From Octopus vulgaris (Eukaryota): a stretch of DNA of 64,000 bases. The position numbers and the translations under genes were made by a program. The DNA lies in NCBI GenBank assembly GCA_951406725.2, contig OX597822.1:116808001-116872000 (forward strand). The letters run 5' to 3'. Positions 50,655-64,000 of this stretch are shown here, in pieces (position 1 is the first letter of the stretch; each line of letters begins with the position of its first letter). The notes under the pieces are model-generated. The model did no database searches and had not been told where the DNA came from. It saw only the letters and a list, made by a program, of their open reading frames with translations.

Positions 50655-52445
50655 TATATACACACATACACATACCTTTTATCCTTTACTTGTTTTAGTC
50701 CCATGCTGGGACCTCACCTTGAAGGGTTTTAGTTAAATAAATCGACTCCAGGACTTATTTTTTAAAGCCTGGTACTGATCCTATCGGTGTTTTTTGCCAA
50801 ACCACAAAGTTATGAGGATGTAAACACACCAACACCGGTTATCAAGTGGTGATGGTGGGGAAGAAACACAAACACACACACATGCACATACATACATACA
50901 TACAACGGGCTTCTTTCAGTTTCCATCTACCAAATCCAGTCACACGGCTTTTATCAGCCTGAGGCTATAGTAGAAGACACTTGCTCAAGGTACCAAGTAG
51001 TGGTACTGAACCTGGAACCATGTGGATGAGAAGAGAGCTTCTTACCACGAAGCCATGCTCGATATAAGGACAGATTTAATGTAACCTATAAAGCATTCTT
51101 CTTCATTAAAGATATAAACATCATCATCATCATCATCGTCATTCAATGTTCACTTTCCCATGCTTGCTTGGATTAAATGGAATTCACAGAGGCAGATTTT
51201 CTGTAACTAGATGCCTCTCTTGTCATCAACATTCACTTGTTCCCAAGCAAGGTAATATTCCTCCCTGGTCAAACACATTTACAGAGGGAATTAGACACCG
51301 CTTAAATCACTTACGACTATCATATGTTTGTTTGCATTAAGTGGCAACATTTGTCTCCACTTAAACACAGATGTTCTGTTAGAACAAACTATACTGTGGT
51401 AGATGTCGTGAGAAAAACCCAGACATTGGTTTTTGGTGCAAAATGCACTCTTGTTTATATCACTAGCGGGGAGGAAAATCCCCACCACCTCGAGCACTGA
51501 GACCATCTGATCATGTGATCTCAACCTTCCTTGATATTGTCAACGATGGATACTCTAGTGCTAGAAATAGCAGCAATATGCAGAACAGGTACTAGTGTTG
51601 CAATCAGCTAGTAAGCCTGTTAAAAAGTATTTATTAGTGACAGAGGCAGTATTGATACTGAGTATGCAATGTGAAGACAAGGGAATACACACACACAAAC
51701 ATGCATGCATACATACATATACGATGGGCTTCTTTTCAGTTTCCATCAACCAAATTCATTCACAAGACAAGACACTTGTCCATGGTGCTGCGCAGTGGGA
51801 CTGAACCTAGGACCAAGAGCTGCAAAGTGAATTTCTTAACCACATACCTATGCCTGTACCATAAAGTATGTTCTTATCTGTGTATCTAAAACATCGACCA
51901 TGTTTAGACAAACAAATATGGCTACTTTCTATCATTTTCTGATAAGAATTCTTTCAACCAGCTTCTTCAGGTAAATGAAAATTCCATTGTTTCTGGCAAC
52001 TGGTTCTGACCTAACAGACTCTATGACGATGCTAATGGTGTTAAGTGTTAGGAGTTTCTAGTTTTTATTTCCATCCCTGTCGCCGCCTCCATCTGTATAT
52101 TCTTGGCAATGTTGTTGTTGTTGTTGATTATCCTGATTAACGTATTCATCACATGACCACGAAATAAATTACAACACAAACAAGAGAAAACGCCTCGTTA
52201 ATGTATCACTTTCACAGAAACAAATACAATATTGTGTTTTAAATGAAACCACTTAATGTTAGTTCAGTTATCCACACACACGTTTGTATATACACATATA
52301 TACACACACATGAATATATATATACAAGGTGGTACTGAATAGATCCTGGTTTTAAGGGTATTATGAAAGGCCTGGTTGGAGGCCCAACTACCCACATTTC
52401 CATTTATCTACAGCCAGGAACTTTTCAGCATCCCCTCATGTGTGT

Positions 52446-52509
<64 letters not shown>

Positions 52510-52518
52510 CGCGTGTAT

Positions 52519-52822
52519 ATACATCAGGTCCTTAAGAATGAAATGTCTGATTTTGAACTGAAAGCTTATTTTACTTTATCTCAACAAAAACCAATGCAGG
52601 TAGTCAAAGTATGCACCTAAATCTTCAACACAATTTTGCCATTTTATTGGTAGCTTATTTATGCCGGCAGCGAAGAATTCTGGGGAGCAAGAGGTGATGA
52701 AAACCACAAAAAGGCTGTTTTTGCATCTTCTTCAGACTTGAAGTTTTTTCCTTGCAAAAAGTTGTCTAATGCCTGGAAAACGTGAGAGTCAGTTGGTGCA
52801 AGGTCAGGTGAATATGGTGGTT
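52519..52822 (-). mobile_element. mariner transposase 3' fragment
   Basis: PPYSPDLAPTDSHVFQALDNFLQGKNF (mariner YSPDLAP motif). Confidence 0.8.
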
Positions 52823-53337
52823 TTCGCTAGGTTGATTCTGAGGCCCTTCGATTCTAATCCTTGTTTCCACACTTGAAACTTCTCCTCCAGTTCTGATAGT
52901 GACTCAGCAATTAGAGCAAGGTCATCAGCATAGAGGAGCTCTCAGGGGCATCCTGTCTTGAATTCCTCTGTTATTGCCTGGAGGACTATGATGAATAAGA
53001 TGGGGCTGTGGACTGATCCTTGGTGAACCACTACTTCTACCAGGAATTCTTCACTATACTTGTTGCCAACCCTCACTTTACTGACAGCATCCCTGTACAT
53101 GGCTTGCACAGCTCTCACTAACCATTCATCTATCCCTAGTTTCCTCATTGACCATCAGATAAGGGATCGGGGGACCCTGTCAAAGAAAGCCAGGTACAGG
53201 GGCTTATCTTTGGCTAGGTATTTCTCCTGCAGCTGTCTTACCAGAAATATGGCATCGGTGGTGCTTTTCCCAGGCACGAAACCAAACTGCATCTCATCCA
53301 AGCTGACTCTCTCCCTAATCAGTTGGGCTATGACCAT
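52823..53337 (-). mobile_element. internal RTE RT fragment
   Basis: QFGFVPGKSTTDAIF...QGSVHSP...YADD, homologous to 29900-30435. Confidence 0.88.
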
Positions 53338-53357
53338 AAACACACGCACACATGTAT

Positions 53358-53388
<31 letters not shown>

Positions 53389-54307
53389 TCATATATAATT
53401 CATAGAAGTGTTTTTATCCTTTTCTTCTTGGCAATTAAAGCTGTGAAGTAGAGTTTTGGGTGTGCAATTTTAAGTAAACATACATTTGTATGCAAAAATG
53501 TGTTGAAATTAGTGAAGCCAATCCTCGTTATCAAAGGTAAGTCAATTTCACATCATTATTTGAAACAAAAACAGAAAACAAAACACAGTTAATTGCTTCG
53601 GTCAATTAGTTAATTAGTGATACCAATACTTGCCATGCAATGTATACTTGGGCAAACCAATTCACTTCTATTTCAGTTTGTTTATACTTTAAGTAAACTA
53701 AAAACTGCTGTTTGTTATTTTATCTGGAGTCGGTAAAATGAGTAATTGATCCCTGATGAAGCAGTAAAAGATACTGAAACAAGTTGGCTTAATCTCCTTT
53801 CTCTGGTCAAATCAGAAGGAAACATGGTTTAACCACAGTCTCAACTTTGCACAACAATATTAAAAGCGTGTGTTTACTAAAAACAGCTTACATCTTTGCT
53901 TTATGGCTCTCCATTTCTGCCTCCTCCTCCTCATCATCATCATCATCATCATTGTTGTTGTACTTCTATATCCACTTTTCAAACTGGTATGGGTTAGGAG
54001 GGTTATTGCTGCTCTTCTAGAAAGGTTGGGGGAATCACATCTCACTCATAAGCTTCACTTTTGGTTCAGTTTCTACAGCTGGATGCCTTTCCTAACACCA
54101 ACTTCTTTTTTTTTTTATTATGACACTAAAAAGGTTTGTTTTTATGTACGACACAAAAACAAACTTTGAATCAAATGTTCATTCAATACCTTTCAACAGA
54201 GTAAAATTTATTTTTACAGGGAAAAAGTTGACAGTATTTTGAAAGTTTTAGCTATGTAGCATTCATGAGATAGTAAATCACTTTCATTTTCCAAATTTTA
54301 TACTTAA

Positions 54308-54651
54308 CTAGCAGTATCGCCTGGCATTGCTCGGGTTTGTTTCGACCCTTTAGAATAGGAATTTTCGGAAATTAAAAATTTTGCATTATGTAGCTTCTTA
54401 TTCACTTTGAAAAATGGTGACACAGTAGTCAAAAAATCCTAAAAAATAGGGATTGTTTACACCTTTTTGATGTAAATAATTTTTGGTCTTAACATGGTCC
54501 GATTTGAATTTTATCTTCTACGGAATGAAGAGCAAGCCTTCTTCTATCATACTCTCAACTTTGGTCACCTTGCACCGCAAGGTCTCAGAGGAGTTAGTTG
54601 AAGGCTACCAAACCTGCCACACACAGACAACTTCAGCTTTATATATATAGA
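54308..54651 (-). mobile_element. short non-autonomous Helitron
   Basis: TC...hairpin...CTAG termini in an A|T site. Paralog of 41484-41873. Confidence 0.82.
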
Positions 54652-55448
54652 TTATTATGGAGTTAGTCCTGTGGAAAGAGCAATATAGCTGCAAAGTAGA
54701 TAAGGATGTAATAGTCTACTTTTTTGTGATATATCAAGAAATATCTTTATGGACGATTTGTTAAGAGGACAGAAGAAAGAGCTTGTAGGAAGAAAGAAGT
54801 AGCAGAATGAGGAGGAGGAGAGGAAATGCAGATGAGGAGAAAACAAAGAAGAAAGCAAACATTTAAGATTAAGATTTGGAAAGGATGGGATGGTAGAGAG
54901 ATTTATTCTGGTTGGATAGTAAAAGCTACATTGAAACTATTTCGGTGGTTAAAGGAATTACTGATTATGTTATTGTTAAGGTTCATTTTTGCACGTTTGT
55001 AAATACAGGTGTATATAATCAGATTAGTAAAGGAATACAGGTGGCAGATGATGAGACAGACCACATTCACTGGTTTGAGTTGGGAGCATTGTTGAGTCAC
55101 TTCATTTTATTTCCATTAAACTGGTTATTTTTAGTGTTGGAAAATGAGCAGTTGGTTTTATTTAATATTACGGTTCATTCAAGCATGTTTGTAGACATTG
55201 GTGGAACAGGTTGGAGTTGTACTGGAGTGTAGGTTACAGATAGGTCAAATTTCATGCTTTATGCTTTATATGAGTGTTGCTTTCATTGAAGATGAGTGCT
55301 GTTTTTTAAATTTGGGATTTGTAGATAAATATGAGCATTATTGAGATTAATACAGATTTTGATGTGGATATAAATTTTTCACTAATGTTTGCTGTGTAGA
55401 TGCATCGAGGAGGTCTTTTTGTGGTTGGGCAGATGAAACACTGTGCGG

Positions 55449-55678
55449 AGAGCTGGCAGAGTGGTTAGCACGCCGGGCGAAATGTTTAGCGGTATTTCAT
55501 CTGCTGTTACGTTCTGAGTTCAAATTCCGCCGGGGTCAACTTTGCCTTTCATCCTTTCGGGGTCGATAAATTAAGTACCAGTTACGCACTGGGGTCAATG
55601 TAATCGACTTAATCTGTTTGTCTGTTCTTGTTTGTCCCCTCTATGTTTAGCCCCTTTTTGGGCAGTAAAGAAATAAGA
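55449..55678 (+). mobile_element. SINE family A, full length
   Basis: Near-identical to 7369-7600. Confidence 0.8.
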
Positions 55679-55679
55679 G

Positions 55680-56240
55680 GAAACACTGTGCTGACAACCA
55701 CCAAGTCATGTCCTGCACAAGTCTTCAGCACTAGGTGATCATTGCTGTTGTTCTTGCCAACTCCATTTCTTCCAATGATTCCTTCCGAAGCCTGGTAGAC
55801 TATATGAACTCTGACACTGAAGTTCACATGAAGTGCTTGAGAAAGCAGTTGAAAATCACCCAGCAAGACAAGGTCCCAGACACAGAGGCCCTCTCTTGAG
55901 TGATCTGCCAAGCATTTGCATAGAACACAAGCCAGGTGTGCTCCCCAACAGACTGTTTTATAGCAAACTGGTGGAAGGCAAGCACATGCAAGGTGGACAG
56001 AAAAAGCACTTGAAGGGGGATATGATCAAGGCCTCATTTGAGAGCTTTGAAATCAAGTCTGAGGCCAGGGAACTGCAAGCACAAGAGCCAACTCCTTGCC
56101 CTCAGTCCTGGCTGACCACCAGTGCCTGACCTACAGCACAGCCTTCCAGGCATGCAGTGGACTGATTGGCCACAGCTGGACACCACCAAGCTTCATCTCC
56201 TCCTCCCATGTGATGTCCTTGGTCTATGTCAACAGCAACC
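55680..56240 (+). mobile_element. old RTE/BovB-like LINE fragment
   Basis: QDKVPDTE and LPNRLFYSKL.EGK...GGQKK.LK remnants. Confidence 0.6.
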
Positions 56241-56291
56241 GATGAACCAACATATGTACAACTAGTATACACACAACACAAATACTAACAG

Positions 56292-56341
<50 letters not shown>

Positions 56342-56469
56342 GAGTGTATACATACATATGCATGTGCATATGAATGTATGTTTGTACAGAGCAGATAGAT
56401 ACGTGTGTGTGTGTGTGTGTGTGTGCATGTGTGTGTCCTACCCATGCCAGCATGTAAGGTGGACATTAA

Positions 56470-56501
<32 letters not shown>

Positions 56502-58379
56502 GGTGGTGATGGTATATGGATAAGGCTGCTGTGAGAGATCATCTAAGATTGTGAGCTTTTAGCATTTCTGGCAACATAGAAGATTTTATCATACTTAAGA
56601 CTTTCTTTTTCGACAGTGAATCAGAGTAACTTTAGTCGCTGGTGAAACCTATTTTTGAAAATAATACTTACAATGCAACTGAGATTGTAACAGCAAGAGA
56701 TAGACTGAAATTAACAGTGGCAATTGCTAGCGCTGGTGAGTGGGGAGGAATAAATGGTGTTTATCATCTTGATTTTACTGCCTGAGTAGAGAGTGACTAC
56801 CTGTCTGATATGTAACAGAATATTTGTTTACAAAAAATGGCTGAGAAATATCTCTGGTTTAAAATTTTACGCATAACACGGAAAAACAAACCACAGACAC
56901 ACACACACAATAAAATAATAAACAGGCAAACAACTGGATTCAGGTCAATTTATGATATGTGTTTAGACATGAAGGCAAAACTGAATATTACAAGAAAAAA
57001 CTTCAAAAGAGATAGATAAAAGATCAATTGAGGGATGTTCAACAATGCTCATGGTATATGCTAGTAATCTCCCGGAACAGTTTATACTGGTATTAGGTAA
57101 AGCTGGACACATTCTGAGTTCAAATTCTGCTGAGGTCGACTTTGCCTTTCATCCTTTCGGGGTCGATAAATTAAGTACCAGTTACGCACTGGGGTCGATA
57201 TAATCAACTTAATCCGTTTGTCTGTCCTTGGTTTTCCTCTGTGTTTAGCCCCTTGTGGGTAGTAAAGAAATAGGTAAAGCTGGACATCATAAGTAGAATC
57301 CAAAGGTGAATGAGAAGAAAAGAGAAAGGTAGGAAGGTGTGCAGATACTTCCTTACAGCTGTTTCAAGAACAGATGTGCAGAGATGATGCATTTCCCTGC
57401 AAATGATCAGCATCCAACATTGTCGTTGCTATCTATTCCATCATCAGAGGGAGAATGAGATAGAGCCTTAATAAGAAGTAATGATATACTAATAACAGGA
57501 GGTAAACAAAGGTGAACTTAAAAATAAAAGAGAAGCACAGAATACACGGTCATAATAAGCGGGAGATAGAAAGTAACAAACACGACAAGGAACAGATATG
57601 TAAAATTCAAGAGTTAGAGGAATGTATAGAGAAAGAAGTGGCCAGTGTCTATACAGGTATGGAAGCAGGATGCTAAGTGGGATGGTGTGAAGACCATGGG
57701 TGGAATAGCAATGGCATGATGAGCTCTAGCAGCAAAGACAAGGAATAAATGTTAGCATTTGCCCAACAACCTTCGCAAAACTATTTGTTTATAGTGATCA
57801 AATGTATGTGCCGTACATTAGCTTGCTTCCTCCATCAAGTTGAAGTTGCCTGAGCAAGTGCATGGTGTGCCATGCGTAACGTGTTGAAGTGGTTATGGAG
57901 CAACGTGAGATGTTTTGCTCAAGAACAGAACACACCAGCAGGTCTGGGAATAGAAACCACAATCTCAGGATTGCGACTGCAGCACCTTACCCGTTCGGTT
58001 AGAGTGTTGCAATAGCATAAGAGGTAAGTAAATTACAATTAGCAGAATGCTAGACTTTCCACCAGGGTGAATTGATGGGAAGTATGTGAAAGGTGAAAGT
58101 CTTTCTTTTTCGGGGGGGGGGGGGGGCATATGAGATAAAGTATAGCCACATGGCACTAGCTGCATGGCATGGTGGCCGATGGGTGTGAGGAGGGAAAGAG
58201 TGATGCTAAGCAGAAGAGAAGAGAGGCAAGAGGTCTGAGAGATATGGTAAGTATATAGTCATGAATCTGCTGACTGCAATGGGATTCAGGTTTATAAGTT
58301 TATAACCTATATGATACGTATAACATATACATATACACCAATAAGATATCTATATATATATATACACACACACACACAC

Positions 58380-60571
<2,192 letters not shown>

Positions 60572-62154
60572 CATCATCATCATCATCATCATCATTTAGC
60601 GTCCGTTTTCCATGCTAGCATGGGTTGGACGGTTCAACTGGGGTCTGGGGAGCCCGAAGGCTGCACCAGGCCAGTTGAACCGTCCAACCCATGCTAGCAT
60701 GGAAAACGGACGCTAAATGATGATGATGATGATGATGATGTATATATATATATATATACATATATATACATACATATATATACATATACACTGCATTGAC
60801 AGGTGTGCACAGACATATAGGCAGAATAGTTGGTGGAGGTTCGTTAAATTGGTATGGAGCTTTCTGGAATATACGTATAGCTTTCGCTAGTGGAAGCAAA
60901 ACTCTTATTTAAAGGTTGATTCTTTGGAACAATCATATGTGATTGTTTAAAAAAGGCTGGAACGACAATGCTAAAACATATTTGAAACAAAGCACAAAAC
61001 AGCATAACGGATGGGTAAATAAGCATCCCTTAAAGTGAAACAACGCATTGGCAGGTAAACAAAGGCCTCAACAAATAGAAGAGAGGGAAGGGAACATCAC
61101 CTTTCAAGTAATTCAGAATTGGTAAAGGTAAGCTTGCCAAAGTTTAATGCTGATTAAATATGGAGATCAAGATTGTTTGGTATTGGATATTCATTGCGTA
61201 CAGTTTTCCTAGTCAATTAATCACAGTGGCAGGTGGACAGACAAAATATATGAATAGACAAAATCTTTTCCCTTTTAGAAACAGGATTAAAAAATTATGG
61301 AACACCCTACATACAAAAGAACTATGTCCATTTACGTCCGTTTATGCAGGAAGTTTGGAGAAAACATTTGGAGCATGACCATCTTGGGGGCATAAGTAAA
61401 GTGTGTGTAAAGTTTGGTGAAAATTGGTTGAGAATTGTGGAAATGTACGTGTTCAGTATTCCTAATCAATTTAATCACCACTGCTGGTGGTGGACAGTGG
61501 AAATAAATGAATAGAGAAAATCCTTTCACTTTTATAAAAAGATTAAGAAAGTATGGAAGACCCTACAGATTATAAAACAGCTGAGTAATGCAAATGAATA
61601 GGAACCATCTACTGTTGGTTTCCTATTGCTCTAGAGACCCCAATATTGATTTTTTAAAAAAATCTAAGTAGCCTGTGTTTGGGTCTGGGATATGAAACAG
61701 CTGTGTATAAAATTTTAAAGAAATTGGATGAAAGATGTATGTATAGGATACTGAGGTACATTATATTTTTATAGACACACACTCACAGAAAACTTCAATT
61801 TTATAGATATTAGATAGACACACACACACATATATAGATAGATATATACATATACATATATATATAGATATATACATATACATATATATAAATAGATATA
61901 TACATATACATATATATATATAGATATATACATATACATATATAGATATATACATATAAGCATTAATAAATCTCCGAACGAGGTGTAAACAGTAACCGCT
62001 CGACAACGTAAAGTGTACTAGCCACTGGGGGTGGGTGTTACTGAAGCTTATAGCCCCAGGAGATCATCGTCTCCAGCTGGCTTTAGACACACTTTCTGTG
62101 CCCTTCTGGTATTTGCAAAGGGAGGTCATCTCCTCTTGAAAACCTAAGTGATAC

Positions 62155-62197
62155 ATACGGACTATAGTTTCGAGGTATTTGCCTCTCGTCAACGTAC
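62155..62197 (-). ncRNA. hammerhead ribozyme motif (U3 variant), left arm of palindrome
   Basis: GTACG-TTGACGA-GAGG(caaata)CCTC-GAAACTATAGTC-CGTAT. Confidence 0.65.
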
Positions 62198-62374
62198 GGT
62201 AATCACCGATTTTCGATTAGGGAGGCCTGTTTGCGAATATCTATTTAATGTTTTTCTCAGCAACCACTGTCACTGATTCAGACAGTTTTTCTAAATCAGT
62301 GACAGTGGTTGCTGAGAAAAACATTAAATAGATATTCGCAAACAGGCCTCCCTAATCGAAAATCGGTGATTACC

Positions 62375-62417
62375 GTACGTTGACGAGAGGCAAATACCTC
62401 GAAACTATAGTCTGTAT
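62375..62417 (+). ncRNA. hammerhead ribozyme motif (U3 variant), right arm of palindrome
   Basis: Same motif with stem I GTACG/TGTAT. Confidence 0.62.
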
Positions 62418-62751
62418 GTATCACTTAGGTTTTCAAGAGGGGATGACCTCCCTTTGCAAATACCAGAAGGGCACAGAAAGTGTGTCTAAAGCCAGCTGGA
62501 GACGATGATCTCCTGGGGCTATAAGCTTCAGTAACACCCACCCCCAGTGGCTAGCCACATTCAGATGGCTAGTACACTTTACGTTATATACATATACATA
62601 TATAATATATACATATACATATATATATGATATATACATATATATACATACACACACACACACACATATATATAAACATACATACATACACACACACACA
62701 CACATATATATAAACATACATACATACACACACACACACACATATATATAA

Positions 62752-62784
<33 letters not shown>

Positions 62785-62809
62785 TATATATAAACATACA
62801 TACATACAT

Positions 62810-62852
<43 letters not shown>

Positions 62853-64000
62853 CATATAAATATATACAGATATACATATATATATATCATCATCATCATC
62901 ATCATCGCTTAACGTCCAATTTCCATGCTGGCAGAGGTTGGACGATTTGACTGAGGACTGGCAAGCCAGATGGCTGCACCAGGCTCCAATCTGATCTGGC
63001 AAAGTTTCTACAGCTGGATGCCCTTCCTAATGCCAACCACTCCAAGAGTGTAGTGGGTGATTTTACATGCCACTAGCACGAGGGCCAGTCAGACAGTACT
63101 GGCAATGGCCATGCTCAAATGGTGCTTTTTATGTGCCACTGGCACGGGAGCCAGTCAGCTGCCCAGGCAACAATCACGCTCGGATGGTGCTCTTAGCTCT
63201 CCACTAGCACAGATGCCAGTCATGCGGTGCTGTCATCGAATTGCCTCAACAACAGGAGTCTTCTGTGCCTTATGCATTACATCCGGTGTTACTGCATTGT
63301 TCCACACCCACAAGGGAGCAGTGCATCTTGAAGAGGAAACAATTGTGGTAATATAAACTTTTTTGTTGGAACATTCTGTCTTCTCTTTTTACCTTTAATA
63401 TATGTGTGTGTGTGCTTGTCCACCAACATCGCCTGATAACCAATGCTGGTGTGTTTACATCACCATAACTTAGCAGTTCAGCAAAAGAGACTGATAGAAT
63501 AAGTGCTGGGCTTACAAAGAATAAGCACACACATATATATATACACAACACATATGCACACATATATAGACACACACACGGATATATACACACACACAGA
63601 TATATACACACACACACACATATATATATACACAGCTTAACATGGATGTCTTGCTAGAAGACCAAATACTGCACCATTAGCCTTTAGAGATCCTTTCATA
63701 TGGGTGCTTGGTGCACATGCATAGATAATGTCAGATAAGAATTGTCTGTCGTGGGCAGCAGAACTTACATGTCCCATGTCTACTGGGAATTATCCGTGGG
63801 AGGTGTGTGATTACTATATGCTACTCAAATCTTGATACTACAACGTATAGAATACAATCATCTTTTCAGAGATAGATATCACAATTAGCCAGCAGGTTTA
63901 TTAACAATTAATAATTAGTGATGAAAGCAGTATTAATACCCAAAAGGTAAGTTTTATATCCAACATGCTCATGTGTGTGTGTGTGTGTGTGTGTGTGTAT

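Larger units (their letters stand above)
62005..62585. repeat. about 270-bp-arm near-perfect palindrome (Penelope-like inverted element)
   Basis: 62005-62278 versus 62294-62585, with a 15-nt spacer, few substitutions and one short insertion. Confidence 0.9.

Noticed and set aside
51890-51985. Possible hammerhead on the minus strand (CTGAAGA...TAAACATGGTC)
   Set aside because: GAAA is mutated and stems I/II are not convincing.

Overview
AT-rich, repeat-dense eukaryotic DNA. The repeat landscape (RTE LINEs with (GAT)n tails, tRNA-derived SINEs, large TA/CA microsatellites) suggests an octopus-like cephalopod, which is an inference. The only host gene I can support is the 5' part of a minus-strand P5B-type ATPase (ATP13A3-like). 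Ten coding exons from 48853 down to 7134 have GT-AG boundaries and join in one open frame; the gene continues past the left edge. The introns hold a 5'-truncated RTE LINE with an uninterrupted 937-aa ORF, decayed RTE, CR1 and mariner pieces, Helitrons, piggyBac-type MITEs and three SINE families. Most ORF-track entries are microsatellite or repeat artefacts. The best leads are: (i) a gap-free 61-bp exon-intron RNA duplex over a 3' splice site, with A.C mismatches at recoding positions; (ii) several hammerhead-ribozyme motifs, some in divergent palindromic elements, one behind a tRNA-like head; (iii) a duplicated pseudo-exon; and (iv) a PHD-like finger inside the RTE reverse transcriptase. All alignments were done by eye.
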